Position numbers and translations under genes: made by a program. This document shows positions 33,476-42,673 of a DNA stretch of 64,000 bases, piece by piece. The notes under the pieces are model-generated. The model searched no databases and was not told the origin of the DNA. It saw only the letters and a list, made by a program, of their open reading frames with translations. The stretch's first letter is position 1, and each line of letters opens with the position of its first letter. Origin of the DNA: Candidatus Eiseniibacteriota bacterium. Lineage in GTDB: Bacteria > Eisenbacteria > RBG-16-71-46. Where the stretch lies: positions 96,001 to 160,000 of the forward strand of contig JBGAML010000004.1 in assembly GCA_044223005.1 (NCBI GenBank), written 5' to 3'.

Positions 33476-34494
33476 CAGGCCGCCTTACGGACCGCGAAGT
33501 TGGGGAAGAGCATGTAGTTCAGGCCTCCGACCGCGTAGACGCTGGCCGGCGTGAAACCGTGGCCGACGCCGGCGCAGGCGAACACGGTCGGCGGGTAGCC
33601 GATCGGGATCCAGCGCGCGGCGACGGACTGGACGAAGCAGTGCAGGGGCAGCAGCAGCGCGCCCGAGAACGCGCTCTGCCAGCCGCGCGTTAGGGCCTTG
33701 GCGAGCTGCGGGAACTGGTCCGAGTTCGCGGCGACATAGAAGCCCTGGCTCGTCATGGCGCAGCGCCCCGTGCGGCCGGTGTAGCCGTACTGCGCCGTGA
33801 CCGTGGTGAGGTCGGTGAACCCGATCCACTGCGCGCTGTAGATCGCCGCATCGACGCGGACGAAGCAGGTCGCGTGGAAGTTGCCCGGGTCGGCGAACGA
33901 ATGCGACATGGGCGCGCCGGCCGTCAGCTGGCTTCCGGGGTTCGAGTTCGTCGCACCGACGACGTTGTAGTAGTGCGGCGACGAGCCATAGAAGTACCAG
34001 TAGTCGTTGGTGAAGCCGATCTTCGCCAGGGACGGGCCCCAGCCCATGTGGCTGTAAAGGCCGCCGCCACGATCGACGACGACGGTGATGTGGTCGTTGC
34101 CGTCGTCGAAGAAGTAGTAGGCGCCGATCGCGCCGGAGCCGAGCTGCATGCCGGCGCCGACGGGGCCCGGGCTGCCGGCGATGTCCACCGGCGCGCCGGC
34201 CTGGTTATTCCACGCATTGGCGCCGTTGTAGCCGGTGCCGAGGTAGAGCGAGACGCCGTAGCCTGCGGTCGCGGTCGATCGTCCGGAGCCCCACGCCGTG
34301 GAAAGGTTCGCAGCCTCGTTCACCAGCGCGCGCAGGTGCACGTACTGGCTGCCCTTGTGCAGGTGGGCGCGCCAGCCCGCGCCATAGGAGACGCTCGAAT
34401 CGCTGGTCCAGCCCTGCCCCGTGAGGAAGGTGACGAGCTTCTGCAGCAGGTCGGTCGGCCCCGTGGCCGTCCCGGTCGAGTAGGCGGCAGCCAT
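33475..34494 (-). CDS. Virion structural tail protein
   Basis: MAAAYSTGTATGPTDLL...GW start; position in tail module. Confidence 0.7.
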   Translation of the reverse strand: MAAAYSTGTATGPTDLLQKLVTFLTGQGWTSDSSVSYGAGWRAHLHKGSQYVHLRALVNEAANLSTAWGSGRSTATAGYGVSLYLGTGYNGANAWNNQAGAPVDIAGSPGPVGAGMQLGSGAIGAYYFFDDGNDHITVVVDRGGGLYSHMGWGPSLAKIGFTNDYWYFYGSSPHYYNVVGATNSNPGSQLTAGAPMSHSFADPGNFHATCFVRVDAAIYSAQWIGFTDLTTVTAQYGYTGRTGRCAMTSQGFYVAANSDQFPQLAKALTRGWQSAFSGALLLPLHCFVQSVAARWIPIGYPPTVFACAGVGHGFTPASVYAVGGLNYMLFPNFAVRKAA

Positions 34495-34495
34495 G

Positions 34496-36097
34496 TCAGT
34501 CGAGCCTCACGGCGAGGAAGTCGTTGCGATCGATGCGGGTGATATTGGGTACGGCGAGGTGCTTGATCGGGCCGACGGCGATGAGGTCCTCGGCCGAAAG
34601 GCCCTGCCCGGTGACGAACGACACGCCGGCGAGCTGGCCCCACGTGTTCGGCTGCGAGTCCATCAGCGAGACCGGGAAGAGTGCGTAGGAGCCGTCCGGA
34701 TTCACGTCGACGTTGTTGACGCCGGTGCCCCCCGTGTAGCCGGTGTTGTAGGGCCAGATCCAGCCGGCCGCCTCGGCGACCTGCGTGTCGACGCTCGTCG
34801 CGAAGAAGGGCGCCCAGGTCCCGTCGAGCCGGCGCGCGCGCAGCGTGGCGCGGCCGAGCGTGCTCCCGCCCTCGCTGTCCGAGTGCACGATCGAGCGGTG
34901 TCGGTTGGTGGCGTTCGCCACCTGGAAGCCCGTGCTCTCCCACGTGGGCATCGTGTCACCGAGGGCGAGCGTCCCGGCCATCACCAGCGGATAGGGCAGC
35001 TGCGCCGGCGTGAAGTAGGGCTCGAGGAACCCGAGATAGGCGGTCTCGTAGCTGGAGCCCACCTTGGCAACGATCAGGACGCGCCGCCCATCGGCGATGA
35101 ACCAGTAGGGGATGCTCGAGTTCGCGAGCGGCAGGAAGAGATTCCGCTGCATGCCGGTCTGCGAGAAGAAGGGCAGCGCGGCCGTGAAACCGTCGAAGGC
35201 GCAGAGTTCCCAGTCGTAATAGGCGACGTCGGCGCGCTGGAAGGAGCGGACCCCGACGAGGATCCCGCCGGCGCCGTCGTTGCCCGGCGCCTCCCAGAGA
35301 TACTGCGACATGGCGACGTCGATCCCGCCCGCCGCCGTGTGCAGCTGCACCGCCTGCAGGTTGCACGGGCTGTTGCCGGCGGTGATGTTGAGTCGGTAGC
35401 GCGCCGCGGAGACGGGCGAGGTGATCGTGAGCACCTTGAGCTCGGACGTGGCGAACGTCTGCCCCGAGCGGGTGTCGAGCACCGTCCACGCCGAGCCGTT
35501 CCAGTACTCGAACGTCCAGGCCGTGGGACCGTTCGCGTTGTTGAAGTAGCCGAGCATCGAGTACTCGACCACCGTGATCGCCGAGGGGAAGTTGAACTCG
35601 ACGAGCTTCGGGAGCGTGGAGGCGGTCCAGTAGCGGCCCGTGCTGGTCGCATCCTTGCCATCGATCAGGTTCTCGAAGCTGAACTGCCCCGAGGAGCCGC
35701 CCGCGCCGGAGCCGGAGCTGAGCGCCATGGTGCAGCCGGGTAGCTGCCGGCGGCCGGTCCATTTGGGCGCCGTCTGGAGCGTGAAGACGTCGCCGGCGAC
35801 GAACGCGACACCGCCCGCGGAGATCAGGAAGGCCAGTTTCGCATGGCTGAACGGCGTTCCCACCGTGGCCGGCCCGATGCTGCCCGAGGTCGATCCGACG
35901 ACGTTGAACGACGTCGAGCTCGTGGCCGTGATGACGAACGTTTCAGCGATCGACGAGGCCCCGCCCTTGTAGGCAGTGAGCGCGCCGTTACCCGTGCCGG
36001 CGTAGGTGAGGCCGAAGGCGCTCCCGGTCGTGGTCAGGAACGTGTCGAGCTTCGCGAGCAGGTCGCGGTAGTCCGTGGCGGTGCCGATCTCGACCAT
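34496..36097 (-). CDS. Virion structural tail protein with discoidin/F5-8-like insert
   Basis: MVEIGTATDY; PTAWTFEYWNGSAWTVLD...ARYRLNIT; YWFIADGRR...YLG. Confidence 0.75.
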   Translation of the reverse strand: MVEIGTATDYRDLLAKLDTFLTTTGSAFGLTYAGTGNGALTAYKGGASSIAETFVITATSSTSFNVVGSTSGSIGPATVGTPFSHAKLAFLISAGGVAFVAGDVFTLQTAPKWTGRRQLPGCTMALSSGSGAGGSSGQFSFENLIDGKDATSTGRYWTASTLPKLVEFNFPSAITVVEYSMLGYFNNANGPTAWTFEYWNGSAWTVLDTRSGQTFATSELKVLTITSPVSAARYRLNITAGNSPCNLQAVQLHTAAGGIDVAMSQYLWEAPGNDGAGGILVGVRSFQRADVAYYDWELCAFDGFTAALPFFSQTGMQRNLFLPLANSSIPYWFIADGRRVLIVAKVGSSYETAYLGFLEPYFTPAQLPYPLVMAGTLALGDTMPTWESTGFQVANATNRHRSIVHSDSEGGSTLGRATLRARRLDGTWAPFFATSVDTQVAEAAGWIWPYNTGYTGGTGVNNVDVNPDGSYALFPVSLMDSQPNTWGQLAGVSFVTGQGLSAEDLIAVGPIKHLAVPNITRIDRNDFLAVRLD

Positions 36098-36099
36098 GG

Positions 36100-38709
36100 T
36101 CAGTTCCCCAGCATGCCCCGGATCTTCCGGGGGTTCTTGCCCACTACCTTCAGCACGAAATCGTGGCCGGCCGGCGTATCCATCTCACCCAGGACGAGGC
36201 CCGGACCGAGCTTCAGCGTGAGCTGTCCGCTGAAAGGCCCGGAACCCGCGCTCGCGCGCGCGCCCGACAGCCCCTCGAGAAGGTCGGCGGGCAGGGATGA
36301 CGCGCCGGGAAGCGCGGCCACCTGGAAGGGCTGACGGCCGAGGTTCAATGCCTCGAGACTCGCCAGGACTCCCGGCTGAGCAACGATGGGCGCGCGGACC
36401 ACGAACTCGCCGTTCGAGGCCGCGATCAGGTTCGAATCGCTCGTCGCGGTCCCGGCACCGCTCACGAGACCACCGCCCGCGAAGCCGGTGAACGCCTTGC
36501 CGAGAACGGAGAGGATCCCGGCCAGTCCATCGCCGCCGGACGACTTCTTGTTGCCACCGAAGAAGTGACTGCTCAGCTCCAGCGCGAGCTGCTCGGCCGC
36601 GATCCGCTGCAGCGCATTCACGGTTCGCAGGGCAAGCTGGTCCATGGCATCACCGAAGCTCTTCGCCTGATTGATGCCGTCGCTAAAGTACTCCGCGAGG
36701 GTGCCCTGGAACACGTCGGCGACCTTCGCGCGGAGATGCTGCATGCCCTGCTCGGCGACATCAGCCGCTTGGCCCATGTTCCGGAGGCCGTCCGAGAACT
36801 GTTCGGCCTGCAGGATCGCATCCGGGTTGTTGGTCGCCGCGGCCGCGCGCGTGAGCGCGTCCGCCATCTCGCGCAGACCCGGGAGCCGCTGGCGCTCGAG
36901 CGCGAGGATCGCATTCTCGCCCTGCAGCTGCGTGAGCTGACCGGCCTGAACGTCCGCCTGGATTCGAGCACGCTTAGAGGTGAAGCGGGCCATGACGTTG
37001 TCGGCTTCATTGCGGGCCGCTTCGAAGTTGGCCGCCGCGGTCATCGCATCGTCGAACGCGGCGACCCTGCTGCGGATCTCGGCGGTGGACAATCCCTGCA
37101 GACGCAAGGTCTCGGTGAGGTCGCGGCGCTCCTGGGCGATGTCGAGGAGCGTGGCGGCGTAGCGGTTGCCCTGCGCCTCGAGCACCTTGCGCTCGTAGGA
37201 AAGCCGCGTGTCGCCAAGCCGCCGAACGTCCGCGATCTCGGCGTCGTTCAGGTCCGCCTGCTGCGCCAGCGACTTGATCTTGAGCACCCGGATCTGCGCG
37301 TCGATCGCCTTGACATCGCGGACAGCGTCTTCGCCGATGGGGTTTGCCGCGGCCACGACGCGCTGGCGCACGAGCTGCGCGATCTCGAATCGCGTCTGCT
37401 CTTCCGCGAGCTTCCGGCGCGCCGCGTAGTGGTCTCGGATCGTCGTCAGCGACCGCCGATAGCTGCTTTCCTCATTGCGCTCGCGAAGCGCCAGCTGGGC
37501 GTCATGGATGGCCTTTTCATTGGCCAGAGCCGACTTCAGGGCACGCTCGCGCTCGCGGAAGAGCTCCTCAGCGGTCTTGCCGCCGCCCCCTTCCGAGCTC
37601 GTAGCAGAGGGCGAAGGCGTTGCGGACGGGCCAAACGCGAGTTTCAGGCCGCTCGCGATATCAGCGCGCGACCGGGCCTCAATTTCGCGAATCTGTTGCT
37701 CGTAGAGACGCCCTCGCGCTGCGGCCTCGGCGAAATGCCCCCGCATCGCGAGCGTCGCTTGTTCCCATGTGGCGGTCAGCCCAATCGTGATTCGGGCGAG
37801 CAGCGCGGACCATGGCGCGACCGCAGCCTTTGCGACTCCGTAGATCAAGCCAATTGCCCGCGCGGCAACGCGGCCCAGCGCTTCGAGGGCCTCGGCGTCT
37901 CGACCGATGTTCTGGGCGAGTTCGTGAAGGGTCTGATCGCTCGCATCGCCGAGACCGGCCGCGAAATGCATGCCCACGTTCGTGGCCTGGTCCGAGATGA
38001 GCTTCATGTTGTCGCCGAGTCTCTTTGCGGACTCGACAGTGCGCGCATCCAGCAGCAGCCCCAGCGCGGAAGCCTTTTGCTTCAGCGCCTCGAGGCCACC
38101 GGGCTCTCCCAGCTCCTTCACGAGCGGAACAAGCTCGCGCCCGGTCTTGCCGAGATCGCGCTCGACGAATGCGGCCTTCGTTCCCTCATCCGAGACCGAG
38201 CGCAGCGCCCGCGCATAGGTGACAAGACTCGCCGTCAGATCCTGCCCCTGGAATGAGCCTGCATTCAGGTGCAGATTGGCGAAGTCCGCCCGCGCGGAGG
38301 GATCTCCTTCGCGCAACGCCTGCCTGCGAGTTGCGAAGTGACCGAGCGAGGCCTCGAGCGCGTTGATGTCCGAGCCAGTGAGGCGAGCGCCGGCCGAGAG
38401 GGCAGAAAGATTCTCGACGGTGCCGCCGAGGCGTTCGCGCAGCTTCGTGACCGATTCGGCCGCATCGACGGACTGTCGCGTGAGCTCGACCAGCGATCCG
38501 ACCGAGATCGTGACCCCGAGCGCCGCCATCACCTCGCCGGCGCCCTCAAGGGCCTTGCCCAGGACAATCGCCCCGCGACTGCCGCCCTCGGAGGCGCGCG
38601 AGACCGACTTGGCGGTATTCTGGGACTCCGCCTGAATGCGCTTCAGCGCATCGACGACTTCCTGAACACCCTCGGCTGAGAGCCTGACCCTAACGTCTGG
38701 TGATGGCAT
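36100..38709 (-). CDS. Tail tape measure protein
   Basis: 869-aa Ala-rich helical protein; C-terminal FAGGGLVSGAGTATSDS...SNGEFVV; follows the chaperone. Confidence 0.9.
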   Translation of the reverse strand: MPSPDVRVRLSAEGVQEVVDALKRIQAESQNTAKSVSRASEGGSRGAIVLGKALEGAGEVMAALGVTISVGSLVELTRQSVDAAESVTKLRERLGGTVENLSALSAGARLTGSDINALEASLGHFATRRQALREGDPSARADFANLHLNAGSFQGQDLTASLVTYARALRSVSDEGTKAAFVERDLGKTGRELVPLVKELGEPGGLEALKQKASALGLLLDARTVESAKRLGDNMKLISDQATNVGMHFAAGLGDASDQTLHELAQNIGRDAEALEALGRVAARAIGLIYGVAKAAVAPWSALLARITIGLTATWEQATLAMRGHFAEAAARGRLYEQQIREIEARSRADIASGLKLAFGPSATPSPSATSSEGGGGKTAEELFRERERALKSALANEKAIHDAQLALRERNEESSYRRSLTTIRDHYAARRKLAEEQTRFEIAQLVRQRVVAAANPIGEDAVRDVKAIDAQIRVLKIKSLAQQADLNDAEIADVRRLGDTRLSYERKVLEAQGNRYAATLLDIAQERRDLTETLRLQGLSTAEIRSRVAAFDDAMTAAANFEAARNEADNVMARFTSKRARIQADVQAGQLTQLQGENAILALERQRLPGLREMADALTRAAAATNNPDAILQAEQFSDGLRNMGQAADVAEQGMQHLRAKVADVFQGTLAEYFSDGINQAKSFGDAMDQLALRTVNALQRIAAEQLALELSSHFFGGNKKSSGGDGLAGILSVLGKAFTGFAGGGLVSGAGTATSDSNLIAASNGEFVVRAPIVAQPGVLASLEALNLGRQPFQVAALPGASSLPADLLEGLSGARASAGSGPFSGQLTLKLGPGLVLGEMDTPAGHDFVLKVVGKNPRKIRGMLGN

Positions 38710-38784
38710 CGGTTAGAGCGTCGCCTTTCCCCGCTTGCGCACCCCGTCGCACATCCGTGATGCTTATGTCGAAAGGGGGATGTT

Positions 38785-39036
38785 ATGAAACCGACGTGGT
38801 ATTGCCTCGAATGTGGCTTCACCGGGTCGTCTCGGACGATCACGCCCGGGTCCTTTGGGGTAGAGCTCGTGTTGTGGATGTGCCTTGCGCTTCCTGGACT
38901 GATCTACTCGGTTTGGAGATTGACGGCCCGACACGAGGGATGCTGCGTCTGCAAGTCCTCGCGCATCATTCCCTTCGATTCTCCGCGAGCTCGCGAGCTC
39001 TATGCGCAGCAGCAGCGGACCTCCGCGGGCGTCTGA
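38785..39036 (+). CDS. Zn-ribbon/TM small protein (LITAF-like), moron 1
   Basis: CLECG...GSFGVELVLW...PGLIYSVWR...CCVCKS...IIPFDSP; antisense to the tail operon. Confidence 0.75.
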   Translation: MKPTWYCLECGFTGSSRTITPGSFGVELVLWMCLALPGLIYSVWRLTARHEGCCVCKSSRIIPFDSPRARELYAQQQRTSAGV

Positions 39037-39047
39037 TTTCCGCAGAT

Positions 39048-39727
39048 TCACCCTTTCAGGATCTTCGGGACCTCCGGCGGGTTGGATCGCGACTTGGACC
39101 ATGGAGCGCTCAGGGCGTGGAGGATCTGCTGGTGGCGGAAGCCCTCAAGCGCATGCCGCCGAGCGATCTCGCGGTATGCCACCAGCGTCTCCACCAGGGG
39201 CCACCGGTAGACCTCGTCGGCCCGGGCGGGATCGAATCCTGCAACCGCTCGGATGACGTCGGACCACTCTCCCCAGGGACCCGTCGCAGGCCGTGACTGG
39301 GCTGACCGCTCGAAGAGATGGATGAAGCGGCGGAAGAGATCAGCCCGGCGGCGAAAAAATCGGCGATCAGGGCTCCCAGCAGCATGTTCAGCTGACGCTT
39401 GTCCTCCGGGGCGCTGAGCGACTTGAGGAACTCCGCAGTCTCCGTCGCGATCGCGGGACTCCAGGGCGCGCCCGACGCCGATTCGGGAACGAGCATCCCG
39501 CTGATGAGCAGGAACTCCTTGCCGGAGTCGATCGCGATGCCCAGCAGGCGACGAGCAAAGGCCTCCGGCGTCTCACCTTCGGTGAGGAACACGTCATAGA
39601 GACCGGCGCCGCGCACCTGGCGCATATACCAGTGATCGTGTTCGGCGGTCGTCTCGGTGAGGACGTGGAACCGGCGTCCTCCGAGCGTATGGACTGCCGC
39701 GGGTCCGGGATCAGCCGTTCGTTCCAT
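39048..39727 (-). CDS. Tail assembly chaperone G (39110-39727) and G-T fusion by -1 frameshift
   Basis: Between tail tube and tape measure genes; slippery T TTT TTC at 39359-39353; the -1 frame is open to TGA at 39048. Confidence 0.8.
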
Positions 39728-39892
39728 GGCCTTCGCCCTCCCGCTGTCCGGTGACGCGCGCATCACGCGCCGGACTGTCGCTGGCGGTCCGCCAGAGCTG
39801 GCGGGCGCCGAGAATGATCGGATTCTCCAAGGTCACGCCTCCGGTTGCGTTTTCGCACTCCCCGGATATCCTGAGTTCAGGGGGAAACGACT

Positions 39893-40138
39893 ATGAACCG
39901 TGATGCCTACTGCAAGGATTGCGGGTTCGTCGGCGAAGTCGTGACGATGAAGCGGGGTTCTGGCCGGATCGAACTCGTCCTCTGGTTGCTGACCTGCTTC
40001 GGGCTGGGCCTGATCTACTCGGTCTACCGTCGCAATCCGCCGCTGGGGTCATGCGCCAATTGCTGCTCGAGGAACATCATCCCGGCGGACTCGCCGATCG
40101 CTCGATCCCTCGGCGCGCCGCCGCCTCCTCGAATCTGA
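39893..40138 (+). CDS. Zn-ribbon/TM small protein (LITAF-like), moron 2
   Basis: CKDCG...GSGRIELVLW...GLIYSVYR...CANCCS...IIPADSP; paralog of 38785-39036. Confidence 0.75.
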   Translation: MNRDAYCKDCGFVGEVVTMKRGSGRIELVLWLLTCFGLGLIYSVYRRNPPLGSCANCCSRNIIPADSPIARSLGAPPPPRI

Positions 40139-40255
40139 CGCGGACCAAGTCTGGCGCTCTCCCTTCAAGTCCATCTCCACGATCGGTGCTCCCGTCCCCC
40201 GCGGGCAACGGGCGCGCCGGCCAACCGCACCGACGCGCCCGTGCGGGGGGATCCG

Positions 40256-41065
40256 TCAGCCGAGCTTGTTGAGTTCTCCCACGCCTGTGTGGATGCCGTC
40301 GGCGAGGGCGAGACCCTTGAGACCGTAGTTCCCGAAATCGTCACCGACGAACGCCAGGTTGCCGTCCGGAGCGAAGTTCACCTTCCAGAGCTTGAGCTCC
40401 ATCTTCGGGCCCTGGCCGGCCGCCGGGACGCCGATGAACCGCAGGAATCCCGTGACGTCGGCGCGCGTTCCGATCAGGACGCGCTCGATCGCGCTGCTGC
40501 CCGACGTCAGCGTCGGGTAGGTGTAGCTGACCTTGACGATGTCGGTGCCGGGGACGATCGATCCGCCCGCGATGATGTAGATGCGGCCCGTGATCGCGTC
40601 CACCTGGTAGTCGGTGCCGAGGACCTTGGTCGCGGCGAGGACCTTCACCGTCACCGCGGAGATGGGGTTCGCGACCGACCCGCGGAATGCGAGCGGGTAC
40701 CAGGCATCCGCGGACGGGATGGCGACGTTGCTGTTGATGAGCTCGTCGACGACCGCCGCGCCGGTCTGCGTGATCGGGCTGGAATCGTCGCCCAGGAGGA
40801 ACATGGCGAGGTTGCGGGCCATGTATTCGTTGAACTGCAGCGCGACCTCCTGCGAGGAGCGGATGATCGCGCGCGCGAGCAGCTCGCCGGCGGAGGTCGT
40901 GTGCGAATACTTCTCCTTCGTCTCGACGGTTCCGGTCAGCGAGAGTGATTCGATGTCGCCGAGGAACTTCTCGCCCGTCCTCGCGCCCGTGGAGCTGAGG
41001 CGGTCGAAGTAGAGCTCGCCGTGGCCGAGCAGCATGTTGCTGCCGGACGCGATGTTCGAGGACAT
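40256..41065 (-). CDS. Major tail tube protein
   Basis: LLGHGELYF, GTDYQVDAITGRI, LWKVNFAPDG; AAGGAGG RBS. Confidence 0.85.
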   Translation of the reverse strand: MSSNIASGSNMLLGHGELYFDRLSSTGARTGEKFLGDIESLSLTGTVETKEKYSHTTSAGELLARAIIRSSQEVALQFNEYMARNLAMFLLGDDSSPITQTGAAVVDELINSNVAIPSADAWYPLAFRGSVANPISAVTVKVLAATKVLGTDYQVDAITGRIYIIAGGSIVPGTDIVKVSYTYPTLTSGSSAIERVLIGTRADVTGFLRFIGVPAAGQGPKMELKLWKVNFAPDGNLAFVGDDFGNYGLKGLALADGIHTGVGELNKLG

Positions 41066-41083
41066 CCACTACCTCCTTGGGTC

Positions 41084-41542
41084 TCAGACCCGCTGTTCAG
41101 CGTCGTTGACGCGCGTCGTGTAGCTCACATCGAACGTGTGGACGGCGAGGAGCGTTTGCACCTCGCCCTCGAAGAACGACCACTCGACGTCGTGCTCGCG
41201 GATCTCGATGACGAGATTCCCGAGGGTGGTGCCGGGGCGCTGGCCGCAGAGCGCTTTCACACCCCACGCCAGCAGCGGTTCCGCCGCCTGGTCCGCGCTG
41301 ACGCCGGTCGCGGCCGCGGTGCGGTGCCAGAGCTGGACGCGGAACGACCGGGCCACGAGGGGGCCGAAGCGGCCCTTCGCGGGCTCGACCGTTTCCTTCA
41401 CCGGCACGAGCACCGTCGCCGGAAGCTGCTCCGGCTCGAGCGCGATCGCGCGCGCGCGTTCCGCAGCCGGCACGCCGGAGGGCTGGCCGGTGTTGTAGGC
41501 GGCGAGGATCGTCTCGAGGACGGTTTCGCGGACGGTGCTCAT
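41084..41542 (-). CDS. Tail terminator (gpU-like)
   Basis: MSTVRETVL...PEQLPA...VSYTT; position. Confidence 0.65.
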   Translation of the reverse strand: MSTVRETVLETILAAYNTGQPSGVPAAERARAIALEPEQLPATVLVPVKETVEPAKGRFGPLVARSFRVQLWHRTAAATGVSADQAAEPLLAWGVKALCGQRPGTTLGNLVIEIREHDVEWSFFEGEVQTLLAVHTFDVSYTTRVNDAEQRV

Positions 41543-41832
41543 GCCTTCGCGCAGACGATTCGGGTGACCGCGCCGTCATCGAGCGCATGGCGCTCTCGGA
41601 CGACGCGGGGGACCCCGTTGACGTTGATGCTCGCTCCCGGGACGAGTCCCGGGAGCGAGCCGGTCGCGACGTGAACGATGACGGTGCCCTGCACGAGCTC
41701 GGCCAGTTCACCGGAGGGCCCGACCACGGCCTGGGGACGGTCGACGATTCCGACGGTCGTCACCGCCCCCAGCGTGATGGGCTCCCCCAGTACCCCGAGC
41801 ATCGCCAGGACTTCCGCATCGTCCAGCGCCAT
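41539..41832 (-). CDS. Head-tail joining protein (gpFII-like)
   Basis: About 97 aa, beta-rich, ending DDGAVTRI; position. Confidence 0.65.
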   Translation of the reverse strand: MALDDAEVLAMLGVLGEPITLGAVTTVGIVDRPQAVVGPSGELAELVQGTVIVHVATGSLPGLVPGASINVNGVPRVVRERHALDDGAVTRIVCAKA

Positions 41833-41837
41833 GGGCG

Positions 41838-42239
41838 TCAGTACTTGGTCTGGCCGACCAGGTACGCGGAGCAGGTGTAGACGGGCGACGTGCCGCCGAG
41901 CGTGAGGACCCCGCGCACGAACTTCTTCGTCGCCTGGATCTCCACCGCGAGCTTCTGCAGCGACGACGCCGCGCCGACCTGCGTCGCCGCGACGGCGGCA
42001 TGCAGCGAGCCCGCGGCGCCGAGGTCGGTGTAGGTGCCGCCCAGGGTGTCGCACTCCTGCAGCTTGAAGTCCGCCGTCGGCGTGGTGCCGGAGACGTTCG
42101 TCAGCTCGAGGACCACGATCGCGTGCCCCTCGTAGGCCGACACGTCGATGCCCGTGAGGTTGGCGCTCGCGCTGCGCGAGGCCGCCGGCATGAGCGTCGC
42201 GGGCGTGGCCTTGAGCAGGCTGTTCATGAGACCGCTCAT
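41838..42239 (-). CDS. Putative capsid decoration/cement protein
   Basis: GIDVSAYEG...KLQECDTLGGTYTD; follows the capsid gene. Confidence 0.55.
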   Translation of the reverse strand: MSGLMNSLLKATPATLMPAASRSASANLTGIDVSAYEGHAIVVLELTNVSGTTPTADFKLQECDTLGGTYTDLGAAGSLHAAVAATQVGAASSLQKLAVEIQATKKFVRGVLTLGGTSPVYTCSAYLVGQTKY

Positions 42240-42673
42240 TTCGTCTTCTCCTTGCCGCCCTTGCCCGAGGCGGTCGTGGTGGTGGTGGTGCCGGCGGCCT
42301 TCGCCGCGGCTTCTTCCGCAGCCTTGGCCGCGGCCTCGGCAGCAGCCGCTTCCTCCGCGGCCTTCGCCGCGGCCTCGGCAGCAGCCGCTTCCTCCGCGGC
42401 CTTCGCCGCGGCCTCGGCCGCCGCCGCTTCCTCCGCGGCTTTCGCCGCAGCCTCGGCCGCGGCGGCGTCTTCCGTCCCCGAACCCCCCGCGGCCGCGCCC
42501 GCGAGAGGTTCGGGCAGGGCCGCATGCGGCGCGGCCTCGACGGAACCGTTGTGGATGCGCTCCTGGGCGACGGCCACGGGGAGGTCGAGGACATCCCCGA
42601 CCTCCGCGTAGCGACCGAGCCCGAGCACGTGGCTGCGGGTCACGCGGACCCGCATGGTGGCGGCGGGGCGCAT
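42236..42673 (-). CDS. Capsid-adjacent small protein with EAAAK-type repeat tail
   Basis: Overlaps the capsid stop; (EEAAAAEAAAKAA) x4. Confidence 0.65.
   Translation of the reverse strand: MRPAATMRVRVTRSHVLGLGRYAEVGDVLDLPVAVAQERIHNGSVEAAPHAALPEPLAGAAAGGSGTEDAAAAEAAAKAAEEAAAAEAAAKAAEEAAAAEAAAKAAEEAAAAEAAAKAAEEAAAKAAGTTTTTTASGKGGKEKTK
42296..42472 (-). repeat. 39-bp coding tandem repeat, about 4.5 copies
   Basis: Repeated GCTTCCTCCGCGGCCTTCGCCGCGGCCTCGGC-like units. Confidence 0.85.

Noticed and set aside
28538..36097. Diversity-generating retroelement or tail-fibre shufflon
   Set aside because: No reverse transcriptase, template/variable repeat pair or invertase seen.
36100..38709. Tape measure gene looks somewhat more AT-rich
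   Set aside because: Not quantified; the ORF is intact and in its normal position.
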